Below are positions 1-15,146 of a DNA stretch of 64,000 bases, one piece after another. This DNA comes from Octopus sinensis. Lineage: Eukaryota. The first letter of the stretch is position 1; every line of letters starts with the position of its first letter. Below the pieces are notes generated by a model that was not told the origin of the DNA, ran no database searches, and was given only the letters and a program-made list of their open reading frames with translations. Location of the stretch: contig NC_043000.1 of assembly GCF_006345805.1 (NCBI RefSeq), positions 51,026,001 to 51,090,000 of the forward strand. The letters run 5' to 3'. A program made the translations under genes and the position numbers.

Positions 1-2974
1 GAACTGTATATAAAGATATAAGTCATTACAAGTTAAGGTTATCTTTACAGATTTTCTATTGAAATTATTGCCAGTACTGATTTGTTATGATGTTTCATAT
101 CTGAGTACATCTAATGTAAACAAAAATGCAATCGAAGGTGGAAAAATAGGTATTGAGTGTACATGCATAGAGTTTCAGGAGCTCTTGCTCCTTCTTCAGC
201 ACCACATCCAACCCATCAAGTATCCACAAACTCATTGCTCAAATAGCCACTAAATATAGCAGTGTAATATTATTGGATGTACCAATTTTACATATTAAGC
301 AAATTCCTGGCAGCTGGTACATACCTATTAACTAATTGAAGGGACACAATATTGACTTATAAACTTTTTAATATACTTCGTAGTATATATCATGGTTGCA
401 TAATGAAATATGGTGTCTCTAGATTACAAGTACCATAAATATAAAAATATATTAAAGATTTAAATATCAAAGTTAGGCCTTAGACACATATTTTTGTTAT
501 TACTAATAATTTTGATTTCTGTTTATTTTCAAGTAATCATTGAGAATTCAAACCTAACCACTTTTAGAGATATTCATAAGCTATAATTACAGATTATTTT
601 TTTCCGTTTTCAAGAAGCTATCATAAGAGTTTGTCTGCAATGTTTTCCCTGTTATATGGTTTTGATAAAAAATCTTTAGAATATGACAATGTTCACTATA
701 TATCATCTTTGGTAAATATGGCCAGTATATTCTTTGTCTCTTATTTTCAGTAGATTGACCTTTCTCATTTTGATATTATTTTGACTCTACCAGCTATATA
801 TCTTTTCTTCCCCAATGTCCATTGCAGACAATTTGATGATTTTAAAACAGTAAAAGTTATATACATCAGAAAACATTACAAAATCTGCATTGTACAATTC
901 TAAGCTATTTTTCTGTAGAAATGGTAAATTCTTGACTTAATTCTAAAAGTAAATATGAATCGTGAAAAAAGTATTATCCAGTTTCAGTTAAAGATGATAA
1001 AAAATGTGATGAGGCATATGGATATACTCACATACATGTATTCATGCATTTACATACTCACAGATATGCACCCATACATTCATCCATAGATATATTCGCA
1101 TGCACACACACACACACACACACATATACATATAGACACACATGAGATTGACAGTAATTTTGAAATTTCATTGTTGGCTTTGTCAGACTGTAAAATGTTT
1201 AGACTTTCTATATGCTTTCATTTACCCAGTGGATGGAAACTCATGAGTATATAAAGAAGGAAGCAAACATACCTTTTTGCATTCAGTTATTTTATTAGAA
1301 ACTTTATCTGTTACTCTGCTGGTTTGCTTAGAGTTCTTTTGATAGTTCATGATTTGCATGTGAGTACATGTATTCAATGGTAGTTATATTAGTTCTTTGG
1401 TTTCTGAGTTCAAATTCCATCATGGTTAACTTTTTCTTTCATCTTCCTGGAGTATACAAATAAAATACCAATCAAATACTGGAAATAAATTTCCCTCTTC
1501 CCCCACTGCTCTTCCACTCTTACAGTCAACTATACTGCAGTATAAGAGTGTTGTGAGAGATCAGTTACTATCTCCCATGACTCCATGGTAAACCTTTCAC
1601 TGTGTAATGAATGATTAGACAGTTATGGTAGATTTTCCAGCTTTTGGTATACCCCTAATTCTGGCTTTCTGCATTTTGATGATCATGAAAGATAATCCAT
1701 TTAGTAACTATTAAGGGTACAGGTACAAAGGGAAAATATGAGAAAAAGCAAACTATTTTCGAAGGAGGGTTCAGCCAGGGTCTTGCAACTTATTCCCATT
1801 TGGCACAGACTTCAAAATCTGTCCCAGGTAATGTATATTTATGTGTGCCTTTAATTATATATGTAAGAATATAATTCCTTCCAGAAATGTATTAAAGACA
1901 CAACTTTGTTTGAGCTTAGTCTTTTTATGAATGATTTTTTTCATTTTTTTTTTCATTAGTCATTTAGTTCAGACCCATGTCCATTAATGTTTCAAGACCA
2001 CTTGACCTCATCTTCTGGATAAAGTAGTGATAGAAGCACATTGTAAGTCTGTATGGGTGTACTGTTTGTGTGAGAGTGTATACATACATACACACACAGA
2101 CATATCTATATATAAGACAAAGAAACACTAATAGGATTTACAACCTTCCATTTGAATGTAGAATCATTCATATTAGATTCTTTAACAGTAAATGTGAAGA
2201 TACTGTTAGAAAGTAGTAAATGGTAAAAGCATTGAAAATGAAGCATTAGAAAGTTGAAGAGGTTAGTGAGCAATTCATTTCTAAATGGTTTATCAAAATC
2301 AACAGATACCTTCTGCCAGCATTTCTGTTTTACTCCATGGTTGATTGGCCTTGCAGGATTACCACATATATATATATATATATATATATGGAAATTGACT
2401 CTGAGGCTGTTCGAGCAAAAACTATATATAGTGTCAGTAAATAAGAAATGTGCTATGAACTGATTCATTCCCCCTGATAGATATCCAAGATAAAATTTAT
2501 CTTAGCTAACACCTATATCTTTGTGGTTAGTAAAGAGTTTGCTTTTTCTCATATTTTCCATTGGCTCTTTCATCCTTAAAAGTTACTAAATGGATCAGCT
2601 ATCATGATCGTCAGAAAGCAGAAAGCCAAAATTGGGGGTATACCAATATCTGTCTAATTCTTAATTTTGCAGTGAAAGGCTTACCGTTTTTTACCATTTT
2701 CACTTTCATGTGATATAACATATTGGCTAGTTATTCCTGAAATATTAATATTGTGGAAATAGTTGTTGAGTTTTTATATTTTCATTATAAACAGAAAGTC
2801 CTTCATTTTGTTCTTCTTTGAATATCTTTATTGGATTTAAGATTTTTAAGAAACTGAAAAGGGTTTATAAAACCTTTTATACTTCAGTTTTAGATTGGTA
2901 ATAAAGAAATAGTTAAAAATGGATCAATTAAAAGAAAAATCTATATTGCTTGTTTTAACAAAAAATTATTAATT

Positions 2975-3185
2975 TCATCATCATCATCGTCATCATCATC
3001 ATCTTTGACATTATCATTATTTGTCTTCATCAACACTTTTGTCATTGTTGTCATTATCGTCATCCACCTCCTCAACATCTTTGTCATTGTTAAAATCATC
3101 GTCATCATCCACTCCTTCTCTGCCACAACCATTATCTCATCTTAATCATCATCTCTCCTCCTCCCCCCTTCTTCTCATCATCATT
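2975..3185. repeat. Degenerate (CAT/TCA)n trinucleotide microsatellite
   Basis: Runs of tcatcatcatcgtcatc; source of the Ser-rich and Asp-rich ORFs in the track. Confidence 0.85.
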
Positions 3186-6100
3186 TCTTCTTCACAAATG
3201 TTTCAATACAGACTTGAGCTAGTTATTAGTTGGAGCTTCTCTGTGTTTTCTGTTTTACACCTTGTTTATTTTGTCTTGATCAGACAGGTGAAACAATGGA
3301 TTTAGAATGGTTTTCATAGGTGTTATAGTCTGCAGATTTCTAATGTGGTTGAATAGTTGCACATGTAATTGTATCAGAAATCTTCTATAGTTTATGCTTC
3401 CAGAATTCTATGATATATTGTTCTAATTTATGTACACTGGCTTTGGGAAATTGTGTGTGTGTACTCTTGGTGTCTGATGTGATATCCAGAATGTTTTCAT
3501 TGGTTTATAGCATACTGTTGTTTGTACCAAAGTCAGTATATTTCCATTGACATATTAAATGAATAACTAATTTGTTGCTTTGGAGTATGAGAGCAATATA
3601 AAATAAATGTTATGGAGTATTCATATCTGTTTTTGCTTGTGGAAGTTAATGGAAAAATTATAACTAGAGAAAAGCAGCATAAAAATCAAAGTAAATGTTT
3701 CAACCAAAGCTAAATAATTGGTTATTCAGTGTTGAAACCCAATTATTGATCATATCCAATTCTTTATTTCTGAAGGAACTGATTGATTAATATGATATTA
3801 TAGTCTTTTGTTTTAAAAATCATGTGTGGGTTTCAGCTTTTGTGCCATTCTCAGTATTTTAACAAAATTTCATTTCCTTGAACTTTAGTATATTTCTGCA
3901 ATTTGAAAAGAAATGAATATAATGGTCACAGGTGGCAGTTGCTGGAAGAATTTGAAAAATTCCTCCTGTTTCAATCAGAAATATCTTGGTTCATTGTACA
4001 ATGATTGTTTGTAATGTTAGAATTAAAATAATTAAATCTTAATAATTGGAAGCAGTTTTTTATTTTTCCAAAAGGAACAGAGTTGCCTTCAGAAAAGGCA
4101 TTTTAACGTGGGCAGTTTTTAGGGAATTGCTTTATATTTTCTTTCTTTTATATTTGAATTAGTGTTACATTGTTTTATAGAATGTTTCCCTCTTTGTTTC
4201 AAAGACAATGACATATTTACAAAGCAATTCAAACTCCTTTTTTTTTAATGTGATTAATCACAATTCCAGCATACTTCTATTACTTTTATCGACTATGTCT
4301 TTTCATTTAATTGTTGTTGTTGTTGTCAGATATAATTAATTTATCATAAGAAATTATTATGTTATTACCATAATTTAATACATTATTAACTATTGCTGTG
4401 ATCTCCAAAATCTATAAATGGAGACAGAAAATTTCTCTTACAGTCATTTCTTTTTTATACTTGACTATTTTGATACTTTTGCATTACAAGTCTATTCTTC
4501 AATTCTTGTCCTATATATTTTTGGCATCAATTCATCAGCCATACTCTACTCTGTCTTTTTATTTTTTGTATCAGTTTTATCAGCCTTGCTCATATTATCC
4601 TCTTTTTACTACCGTTATTATTTGTTAAATGTTCTGTACTTGGTGCATCCAAATGACTTCAGGTTCAATCCCACTGTATGGCACCTCTTAAATAAGTGTC
4701 TTTTACACTAAGCTTGAGCTGACCAGTGCCTTACTAGCTCTGTCAAACCATCTAACCCATACCAGCATGAAAAATGATTATGATATATACACACACACAC
4801 ATACGCATGCGTATGTGTATATGAGTATACATTTGTGTTTTCTTATCTTGACATCATAGTATCATTATAAACGAACATCACTCTCATTAGAAGTGGTGTC
4901 CCCACGGAAACATCCAAAACTATCTTGCTTGGAAACAGGTGTGGATTGGCAACTGGAAAAACATCTGGCCAAAGAAAACCTGCCTTGCTGACTTTTCTGT
5001 GACCCATGCAAGTATGGAAAAGTAGATGTTAAAACAATGATGTAGATAAACAATGATGATGCTATGTATTTGGTTTCTATTTGATTTGTTTTCATTATCC
5101 AAGCATGATCCTATAAATCTAATTTCTTATGGTCTTGAAAAACCATGGGAATTAAATATAGATGAATATCAGCCATATCAATTATGTTTTTTTTTATTTC
5201 AATGCCTTATAAAAACATTTACAAAAAGCAAATTACATGCTTCAAGTGATATTAATATTAATATGGTTTTTATTTTCTTATATATAAATAGTAGTCAAGT
5301 CAATCTTATCCCAGTCAAATTTGCAAAGACACAATAACTATGTTTATCAAGGAAACAATCTTGTATCGAACCAGCTCTAATGAATAATACATTATTAGAA
5401 CACTGAAAGCTGCCTTAAATACTTTTTTATCTTTTCTGTTGTTCTTGCATTGCTTACATTGCAAAACTAAATCACAAAGTCTGACTTTCTCTTTTCGGAA
5501 AGAAAAAAGGAAAAAAAATCCCTTAAATATTCCTTCAAAACTCCAGTTCTTAACTGTTAGTAACCTTATACAAAATTCAAGTGTGACCTGTACTAGAATA
5601 GTGCAGCCATATTGGGGTCAGTGTTATTAATACACTTAAGACATGTTTGACCTCATTCCCAAAATGCTCACCTAATTGATTGACATGAAATCAATCAACA
5701 GCACACTGCAACCTCTCTCTCTCTCCCTTAGATGTGCTGCTTCTTCATTCTACCTCTTGTACTACAGAGGCTTCCGCTTCTTATAAATGGCTGGTTTCTG
5801 ACCACATCCTTTCAGGCCTACCCATCTTGCTTATCTCTCCTCTTCTCATTACCCTTATTTTCCTCCTCCATATACTAAATGAATCACACTACCTATTTTT
5901 TCCTCCACCAAAGTGTCATCTCTCTGAAATTCTCTCTTTGTTTTTTTTTTTTTTTTTTTTTTTTGCAGTTGTCAAATAACACTTGTTCAAGAAAACCATC
6001 AATCATATCTGTTCCACTGATCTGATAAGCCCTACTGTAGCCATTTATATAGTCCCTTCCTTTAGATCAAGATTTTAAAAATATAAACATTTGATAGCAT

Positions 6101-9100
6101 CACTTCAATGTAAAGACACCTTCTTATGGCACTAAATCCTATTTTCAGTCTCTTATCATGACAGTTTTATAAAAAGAAGTTCGGTAAATTTTTGAAGTCA
6201 GAAAATAAATATCTTTTGAATTTTACTCTCCTATGTCATCGTATTTCTGCATTTAGGTTATTCAGCTCATTGATTGTAAGTATTTGTAATATAATTTATG
6301 AGGCTTCTAATTCATTGAAGTTTAACAATGGCTGTAACAAAATTTATAATCTTGTAATCTTTAGGTTTGTCTCTTATAATTAAAACCTTTAAAACTATTA
6401 AGAAAATAGCCATAAAAATTTTTCATTATTGAAATAAAACATTTTTTTCAAAAATAAACAAAACTGATACTTGATATGAGACAGTTGCTAAATTGTTAAA
6501 GGCTTCAAGCATTGTATAACTGTTTTGTTATATTCTTAATAATACAGATATGTTTTGGTATGTTTGTATTATATCAGTGTGTGACACAATGGTAAGGAAG
6601 GAATTCTCCTGCCTGTTATGTACTCCTTAGACAAAGAACTATGTTATGTATTAGCTTCATTGATTGGAATGGATTGCCCCATAATTCCGTTGTAAATTTG
6701 TAGTCTAGGATTCATAAAAATATGATATACTTTCTAATCTTAGATTTATTACTTGTGATTTTGTTCATTAAAGATATTTATTTATTTATAATTTGAAGTA
6801 AAAGCCTAATTATTCATTCAAAATATTCTTATTAGTCGTTTCAGCTCTGCAGCTGACATTACATGTCTTTTCCTTTTTTTTATCTTAATACGGCAAGTTA
6901 CTTGCTAAAAGTTGAAATATTCAAGCTGACATAACATAAACTCCTAACAACTGGAATAGAAAGCACAAGTTTTTATCTTATTTTGCTTGTCAAGGAACTT
7001 GTTAGGAAAGTTAAGAATGGATGTCTGAAGAGAATATTGATTTTCCCCCCTTCCTTATATAATGTAATCGGTGAGTGAAATAGAAGTTACAACGATAGCA
7101 TCCGTAAGCTGGTATTAAAATGCCTTCAGTGACCTAGCTTATCTAGCTCAATAAGTAGTAAATTATATTTACATAGCTTTATCTCATGGGCACATGGAGC
7201 AATATACAGCAGATAGTAAAGTCCCATTTTCTACTTATTTACATGATAAAACATACGAAAGTGAAAGTAAGAAAACAAAATTTAATATTTCACAAGTTGT
7301 TTATTCTTATGGTTTAAGGGCTTAAAGCATCAGGGATTTTAATTTTATATTTAATCATACATGTAGTTTTTGTAATTCTTTATATATCGACTAACCTAGG
7401 AAAAGATAATAAATACTCTGCCAACCACAAAATATTTCCATCATCTTTATAAATCTTCATAATTATTTAGTTTACTTAAATTCAGCTTTATGATCCCATT
7501 AGATGTCTCTTTGTAGCAATTGTTCCATTATAAATTTTTCCTATGTTCAAGGCTGTTTAGTGGTTGATTGGGTTCTTGACAAAAAAAGAAAAAAAAAAGG
7601 TATTTTTCTTATTCATTACAGAATGAGACTAGCATTGTAAGAATTTGAACTAAGTCAATAAACCAATTGTCAAATTAACTAACCACATTGCTGCTTTCTC
7701 ACTAAGTTTCTCATCTGTTTGTGCTTAATTTCCAATAAAGCAATTTGAAGCAGATGAAATTAAGTGATGTCTTCAAGAATGCAATTTTGCAACCTTGTTT
7801 GAATATAAATTTATGATGCAAAAGCCTATAGAGTGACACATTATCCATTTTGGATTTTCTATATTGCTCTATGTTAGATTGCTTACAAGAAAAAAAAAGG
7901 CAAGGTAGTAATGTTATAAAGTATGCTATTAAACATAAACTAAATTATGAAAACTAAATAACTTTAAACATGAAATATGAAATAATAAAATAGCTATGAC
8001 AGAGCCTAAGGTTAGAATGCATAAAATGGGTGAAATAAAACTGTATCCAACAAACCACATAATCGGTTGATGCTTCAGTGATTATATATTATAGCAGCCA
8101 CATTGTGTTCAAAGAACCATGTAGTATTCAAACAACTATCTTGTCTTGCAACTAAGTATGATGGAATTTGATAAAATCTGAGCTAGAAGGTAGAAATGGG
8201 TGTGCATGTGTGTGTATTTCCTTTGATAAAAACACGATGATCCATTGTAATACTTTTTTTGTTTGCTTTTTGTTTTTTATTTTAATTGTTTAAAGATAAG
8301 TACTCTCTTCCCTTTTTAATTTTGTTGTCCATTTCTGTCCTTGGTTGTATGCTGAACTTTCTAAAAGATTTAGGATTGCAATGTGGCTCTCACTCTTCCA
8401 AAAGAAAATAAATACGAGCCATTGAACTAATAAGCCTAATTCATGGTTATTTTACTCCTTGCTCCATTATGAGCCTAAATGGATCAACTAAATTCAATCT
8501 TAGGCTCTCAAAGTGATCCAACATCATTTCAACTATTACTGAAGATTACAAGCATTATCCTTTCATACGAAGAAGTAATAAAAATGCTGGCATGGGGTGA
8601 GAGGGAGGGAATTTTTGTTGAGCCAAGGATAGAGAGTATAATAATAATGTAATAAAATAAAACTGATAATGCATTGGTGGAAATGGATTGTTTGAGCTTC
8701 CTCAATACACATCTGGTATATAATTCAGTAATTCTGGAGGAATTAATGCAGTATGCATCCCGAGAGCTTACATACGCAAAAGACTAAATGTATCGAGCAT
8801 TTAATTTTGCCTTCAACTGCTTCTGATGCTAATACACCTTTTAATGTGTCTGCTACTGCTGCTACTACTACTGCTGCAATAATAGTGTTATTAATGATTA
8901 TCATGATAAAAATAATTGAATAATAGTAATAATGAAGATTAAAGATAATAAAAGTTCAAGGCAAGAATAATATCCAGTGTTATCTTTTAATCAGCAAATA
9001 CTGAAAGAAATTGCTTTCCTGATCCTTTCCTGCAGCTGAAGATTTGGAGAAGTTCTTAAAATTCTATCAAATTGCATGCATTAAGTACAGTTAATATGCA

Positions 9101-10572
9101 TTGAGAAAGCAATCAAAATAAAGCTTCAGGATTCAGAATTTGCTTTTCTCTATTTTAGAAATAAATACACTTGTTTCTCAACATGGAAGAATATGCTAAA
9201 ATGTGTGTGTGCACATGCATGTGTATGCATGTTTGTGGGTACATGTGTGCCTACATATTCATGTGCTGGTTAATTTATATTTGCATATATCATCTACATA
9301 GCCGTTTTTAATATTTCTTTTCTATATTGGCATGGGTTGGATGGGTCACCATTATATGATTCAATTCTTATTTAAAACTAATGCTCTCCTAAACTGTGAC
9401 CATTAGAACTCCCATGAACCAAACTTTGGTACATTGGAAACCTATAACTAACAACATCAGTGTTTATAAAGTGTATAGTCCAAAAAGAGAAACATAAGAA
9501 ACCATTTTCCTTTTACTACACTGTTGATATAAAAAAGGACTATTGGTGTTGATATATTATTTCTAAAAAAAAATTTACATTCTTTCAATTGATATGATTT
9601 GTTTTTTATGGGTCTGTGATATATTGATAGTTGTATCCAGAAAAGTGTTGGTCAATGTGTACGTTTTGGGAAAAAGACCACATGTATAAAAAGTTTTACT
9701 GCTCACTGAACAACATGTTTTGTACTGTATTTACAGCCTGTCTGTGAATTCTGTATATTACTGTTATTACAATTTATCTTCTGTTATATCGGATATGAGG
9801 CTTTGGCAGTCTAATCTGTAGCTGCAAGGATCTTGAGAGCTTTCATTTTGGTTGAGTTAGTTTAAGCATTCTACTTAAAATATATCCATTCTAGTTAGAC
9901 AAGCCTGCTTTATGATGCTACAGACTTGCATATTCCAGATTCTTCCTTCTGTTTCCAACTGATAAAGATGTGTGTAATACTCCAAACTTCTGTAGAACTG
10001 TTACATATTGCGGCAATATATTCTATCTGAACTACCTTGGTATCAAAAGTTAAAATTATATTTTCAAAGGCTGGTTACCGCAGCTGAAGTACAATTCAAA
10101 GTTTGAAAAAAAACATTTTTTCATAAAAATTATTTATTTGTTCTTTGATGGTTCAAATACCCTCCCAGTCATTCATCAAGGCTTTTATTCTTCTGTTTTA
10201 ACTAGCTGCTGCAAGGGAAGCAGCTCATCTTCCTGGTACAACCACTCTGGAGTTGTTAGTATTCTCATTAGAAAAAGAACTTTTATGGATCTCTCATTAA
10301 TATAAACTTTTTTATAGCCACCTTAGCAGTTTCCTGTCATGTTTAGTGGGATGATTTTCTTAAACATAAATGAGTTATTATGCTGCCTCTTTATATTCAG
10401 TATAGTAATCACAGCATGCAAAAATGAATATGTATAAAATGTCAGGAACAAAACATTATACCATCTATAAAAACACTAGAACAGCAGCTTAAATGAACAG
10501 GTTCTGGATCTCTTCTTGATAACATTGTGATAAATATCAAGTATTTTATAAAGCTAAGATAATCCTTTTAAT

Positions 10573-10780
10573 TATAGGCACAAGGCCTGAAGTTTTGGAG
10601 GAGGGTGTTAGGTAATTACTGCAACATCAGTGCTAAATTGGTACTTATTTCATCAATCACAAAAGGATGTAAGGCAAAGTCAACTGTGGCAGCATTTGAA
10701 CTCAGAACATAAAGACAGATGAAATGCCAGTAAACATTTTGTCTGGCATGCTAACAGTTGTGCTAGCTCGCTACCTTTAA
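10573..10780 (-). mobile_element. tRNA-headed SINE, family B, old copy
   Basis: Reverse complement has ttctgagttcaaatgctgccacagttgactttgccttacatcc...aaataagtacc, homologous to copies at 14.3, 16.0, 21.1, 29.4 and 38.7 kb. Confidence 0.8.
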
Positions 10781-13257
10781 AGCTAAGATAATAATACAAT
10801 CATTGTTGAAGCAAGTAGACAAATGACTGACTTTGACTTTGAACAGCAGCAGAATATTATTCAGATGTGTAATCTGTGATGTATTATTATATGAGGAATT
10901 AATTCATAGACAGTTTTTGATGTATGATTTATTTCTTCTGTTGATGTAGATTTTTTAATTGTTATTTGTTTTGTTTTGAATAATTTCTCTGTAGAATAAT
11001 TTTTAATTCTCTTTTGTGTGTATTAATAATAATTCTGACAGCAGTTCCTCTTCATTTGCTAGATTAGTAATAATGTCACTGGTTCAAAGATAAAATAGCC
11101 TATACCTACCTTCAATATAATTACTTTCACCAAATGAAGGTCTTGTTTAAATTCAGTTCAAAAGTATGTAGTTACCTGGGCACTGATCCTATACTGCTTC
11201 TTGTACAATAAGACTTTATATGAAATGGTTTCATCTTCATTTCTTTATGAGAAGCCAGTAAAGACATTGTTCTGTGCTTTCTGTAAGTTTGTACAACTTC
11301 AGTTGAGAAATCTCTATGTATATTATGGTTGTTAGAATTGAGGGAGCTTTGTGGTTATCATCACTGTCTACAATTTTGTTCCAATTGTTTTCAAATTTAG
11401 CATATGGATTCAGCTTTGTATACTAATTATGAAAATGAAATTCATTTTCCCTATAAATTCATAATTAAAATGTTATTAGCCTTTAAACTTTCCAAAATTT
11501 GGGTATTTTAGCCAATCAGAAGTGAGTATTTTACACATCACCAGGAAGTTCTGTTAGCATAGTATGCAAAAAAGCACCACATGTTTGATAGCTGATTGCA
11601 AAGAACTTTGTTTCTATAGTAACCAAAGATATTCCGTATGTACACAAGGAGTGTAAACAAGTCCTGCATGCAACACTCAGTTCTTCAGTGACCTGTAGCA
11701 ATCTTATAATCATATCCCAGAAATCGTGGGCTATGATTTCAAACAGAAAACTGTGAACCGTAGCATTGAATTTATAAATTCAAATCACTACTGTGACAAA
11801 TGATGGAAAAGGCAGTGAACATGCTGTTTCCTGATTGGCTGTAAATTCTGACAATTATCAACTTTGAACACCTGTAACATTTTCACAAAATTTTTCTGGA
11901 ATAAATGAATAACAAATTTGGATTCAGTGTCAAAAATTACATCTATATGACAGAATAAAAAATTTTTTTAAAGATTTCTACATGCAGTAATGTTAACCAC
12001 AATGATCTGAATTGAGTGAGAATTTGCTGGAGTGCCATTTAATTTACAATGTTGGTCATTGTGAGATCACGTACTGCATACTGTATACATGTATACATTT
12101 CAAAACTGCTTCAACTGAAATTATTTACTATTTCAAAGAGGAAATTTGGGGTTTGGGATTTAGCTTCTGCTACTTTAGGGTTGGATGAGCTATATTGTAG
12201 TGTATTGTATTGTTGGGATGTAAATCAAGAAATACCATAGATGTATGATTCAAAATTAGTTGACTCCTGGTTAAAGGAGACATAAGACAAAGCTATATCC
12301 ACATGTCTACAGAGAGTGAATCTGTTTTGTTGGTTAATGATAATAGTTAGATTACTTCATTAAATTAGTTTAGTCTTCTCTTCTATTATCACTACTTTAA
12401 ATTAGGTTACTTATTTTCATGATGAAAGCCACCTTAGTTTTTAAGAAATTATTTTGATAAACAAGTCTCAAGTGATATATAAACTTCAAAATTGATTGAT
12501 TGCTTAAAGCAAAAATAAAGTTTTCTCAAGAACAAAATTTAAAATATGTAAATAGCATTAAGTAAACATAATCAAAAGAAATAGGAGTAATAAGAATGCA
12601 ACCCCTTTTTTTTTTATTATTAGAATTATAACAAATGTCCTGTTTTGCTAAAATTTCTTTATATTTTTTAAAGATTTGAATACTTGAACATGACAATTAT
12701 ATTACAAATTATCTACTTATTTTCTTTGTTCCAGTCTTCTTGCCTGCCAAAATGGAAAGGTTTCTTGATAATTATCTGCATTTATTTACTGATTTTGTCT
12801 GCAAATTCTTGTGTGCTTATTTATTCACCGAATAGAGCAGAATTCTGTTTCTAAATATAATTCTGTGGATTGCATTAATTTTTTTTTTTCTTCCAATGAA
12901 TTCCACTAATTGAACAGTTCTTCTGTTACTTAGAAAGGTTTTATATTAGATATTAACACTATTTATTTTTGTTATTTCATACACCTAAAGTTTGAGATAT
13001 AGATTGAAAATTAGTGTAGCTTTTAGCTAACTGATAGGTCAGCAACATTGAATTAAAATGCTAAGTTTTAACCTGCAATTAACTATAGTAGTTATAAATA
13101 TCAAGTAAAAAGACTGTAAGATGAGTTAGTATGTTTGGCTGAGGGTGGAACCAGTGATTGTGTATTAAACTACATCTTTTGATTCAGTGAAATTATTTCA
13201 ATATGATAAAATTTCTGGATATGTAGCTATAATAAATGTATTAAATGACAATATATA

Positions 13258-13297
<40 letters not shown>

Positions 13298-13879
13298 CTG
13301 TAGTATATCTTGTGCATACAAATAGAAATACAACTGCTACTGTTGAGCTTTAGATCTCCACATAGATTTTCATCACACAGTCTGCTTCACTTCCATGATT
13401 TAGCTACCACTATACATAGAAGTATTACTAGTTATGATATACAGAGCAAATGTAGGAGAAACTACGATAAACATAAGTTTATCGTAATTTTTGCTATATA
13501 TATACAAAACCTGAAGTATTCAGACATCATTATCTTCTTTCAACCTCACTAATGTTGTCAAAAAGACTGTGGAAGCAAAATGTTTGGTTATCGTTTGGTT
13601 ACAAATGCTGATGAAAGGAAGATAAACAGTCTGATCATTTGCATTAGGACTCCACTCTAGATTTTCTCTTGGGGATTTACTCTTTTAGCCTTTGCATTTA
13701 CAAAGGTTTCGTAGTAATACCTGTTAACTAAAGCTCAGTGTTTATTCACATGCACACACACCCACATATATATTTACATGCACACACACACACACGGTGC
13801 AGGATTATAAACTGTCCTATCTCTAACTTTCCTGATCACTGTTCTAATTTTAGCTATAATAGGAGTCTACGTTAATACT

Positions 13880-14190
13880 GGAGGTGCAATGGTCCAGTGG
13901 TTAGGGCAGTGGACTGGCGGTCGAAGGATCGCGGTTTCAATTCCCAGACCGAGTGTTGTGAGTGTTTATTGAGCGAAAACAACTAAAGCTCCACGAGGCT
14001 CTGGCAGTGGATGGTGGCGATCCCTGCTGTACTCTTTCGCTGCAACTTTCTCTCACTCTTTCTTCTGTTGGCCTGCTCACTTAATCAGCAGGGTGGTGTC
14101 ATTTGAAGGCTAAAACAGTGCGAAGCGCATTGTGACCAGCAATGTGTAGCAACATCTGATAGCCTGGTTGGTCACGTGATCATGTGATCA
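13880..14190 (+). mobile_element. tRNA-derived SINE, family C (OR1/OR2-like octopus SINE)
   Basis: A-box tggtccagtgg and B-box ggtttcaattcc; head and body homologous to the minus-strand copies at 17.1-17.9 kb; ends in a short tandem tail (gtcacgtgatcatgtgatcaca). Family name is from memory. Confidence 0.85.
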
Positions 14191-14261
14191 CATTAATACT
14201 ACTTTTTAAAGATAATTTTTATGCATTTTATGATTATTTTATTAGGTAATATTTATGTTGT

Positions 14262-14482
14262 TAAGGCAGTGAGATGGCTGAATCGTTATCATGCTGGACG
14301 AAACATTTATCAGCATTTTTTCCATCCTCACATTCTGAGTTCAAATTTCACTGAGGTTAATTTTGCCTTCCACCATTTCTAGGCTGATGAAATAAGTGCC
14401 AGATGAGTACTAGGGTTGATGTAATTACCTTATTCCCTCCCTTGAACTTCCTGACCTTGTGTCAAAATTTTAAACCAATATT
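14262..14482 (+). mobile_element. tRNA-headed SINE, family B
   Basis: aaggcagtgagatggctgaatcgtta...ttctgagttcaaatt...ttttgccttccacc...aaataagtgcc; matches the other in-window copies. Confidence 0.8.
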
Positions 14483-15114
14483 AACAGTGTTGTTGAGTTA
14501 TTCTAGTGCTCTGTTTAGATAAAACTATGATATGGAGGGAGTGGATTCAACAGCTCATTTAACTGCTACATCTCGTTATCTTAATTCTGATGAATATTTT
14601 TCTTGATGCTTTGAATTTCAAATATGTTTTTTGTTTAAAGAGAGTAAGGAGTTTTCTGATGTTATTTTAGTATATCATATAAATTTTGCAGAAGCTCACA
14701 AAGTTTAAAATATATTACAAGATTCATGAATACAGACCTTCATAAGCATTAAAAAATTTTTTAAATGTGTTGCATTTACATGAAATTTACACAGTTTAAA
14801 TAAAAATATTCATGTGAAAATGCTCTTTTTTCCTTTCAATTTCCTCAAACGGACATTATGATATTTAATTAAAGAAAATGATTAGGTTTATTGTTTCTTA
14901 TTTTGGAATAGCTGTTTAAAACTTCGGCACAATTTGTAAAGAATTAATAAAGTCTATTTTTAAAGAAGTCAAAATACTAAATGGAAAATAGATTTTAAAT
15001 ACTGATATAGTAATATAAAATATATAAAAAAAACAAATCAAATTTAAAAACATGCCAATCTACAGATTTATGTATATTTAATGTATATTTTTGTGTGTGT
15101 ATGTAAGTTATGTC

Positions 15115-15146
<32 letters not shown>

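Noticed and set aside
2941-3305. Asp-rich and Ser-rich ORFs
   Set aside because: Translations of a degenerate (CAT)n repeat.
11531-11713. 60-aa minus-strand ORF (VTEELSVACRTCLHSLC...)
   Set aside because: Acceptor plausible but donor weak and no recognisable homology; cannot be distinguished from a chance ORF.
13883-13955. tRNA-like sequence
   Set aside because: A and B boxes are present but there is no proper acceptor-stem closure; it continues into a SINE body and has diverged homologues in the window.
14170-14190. E-box CACGTG (gtcacgtgatc)
   Set aside because: Part of the SINE's tandem tail; no evidence of regulatory use.
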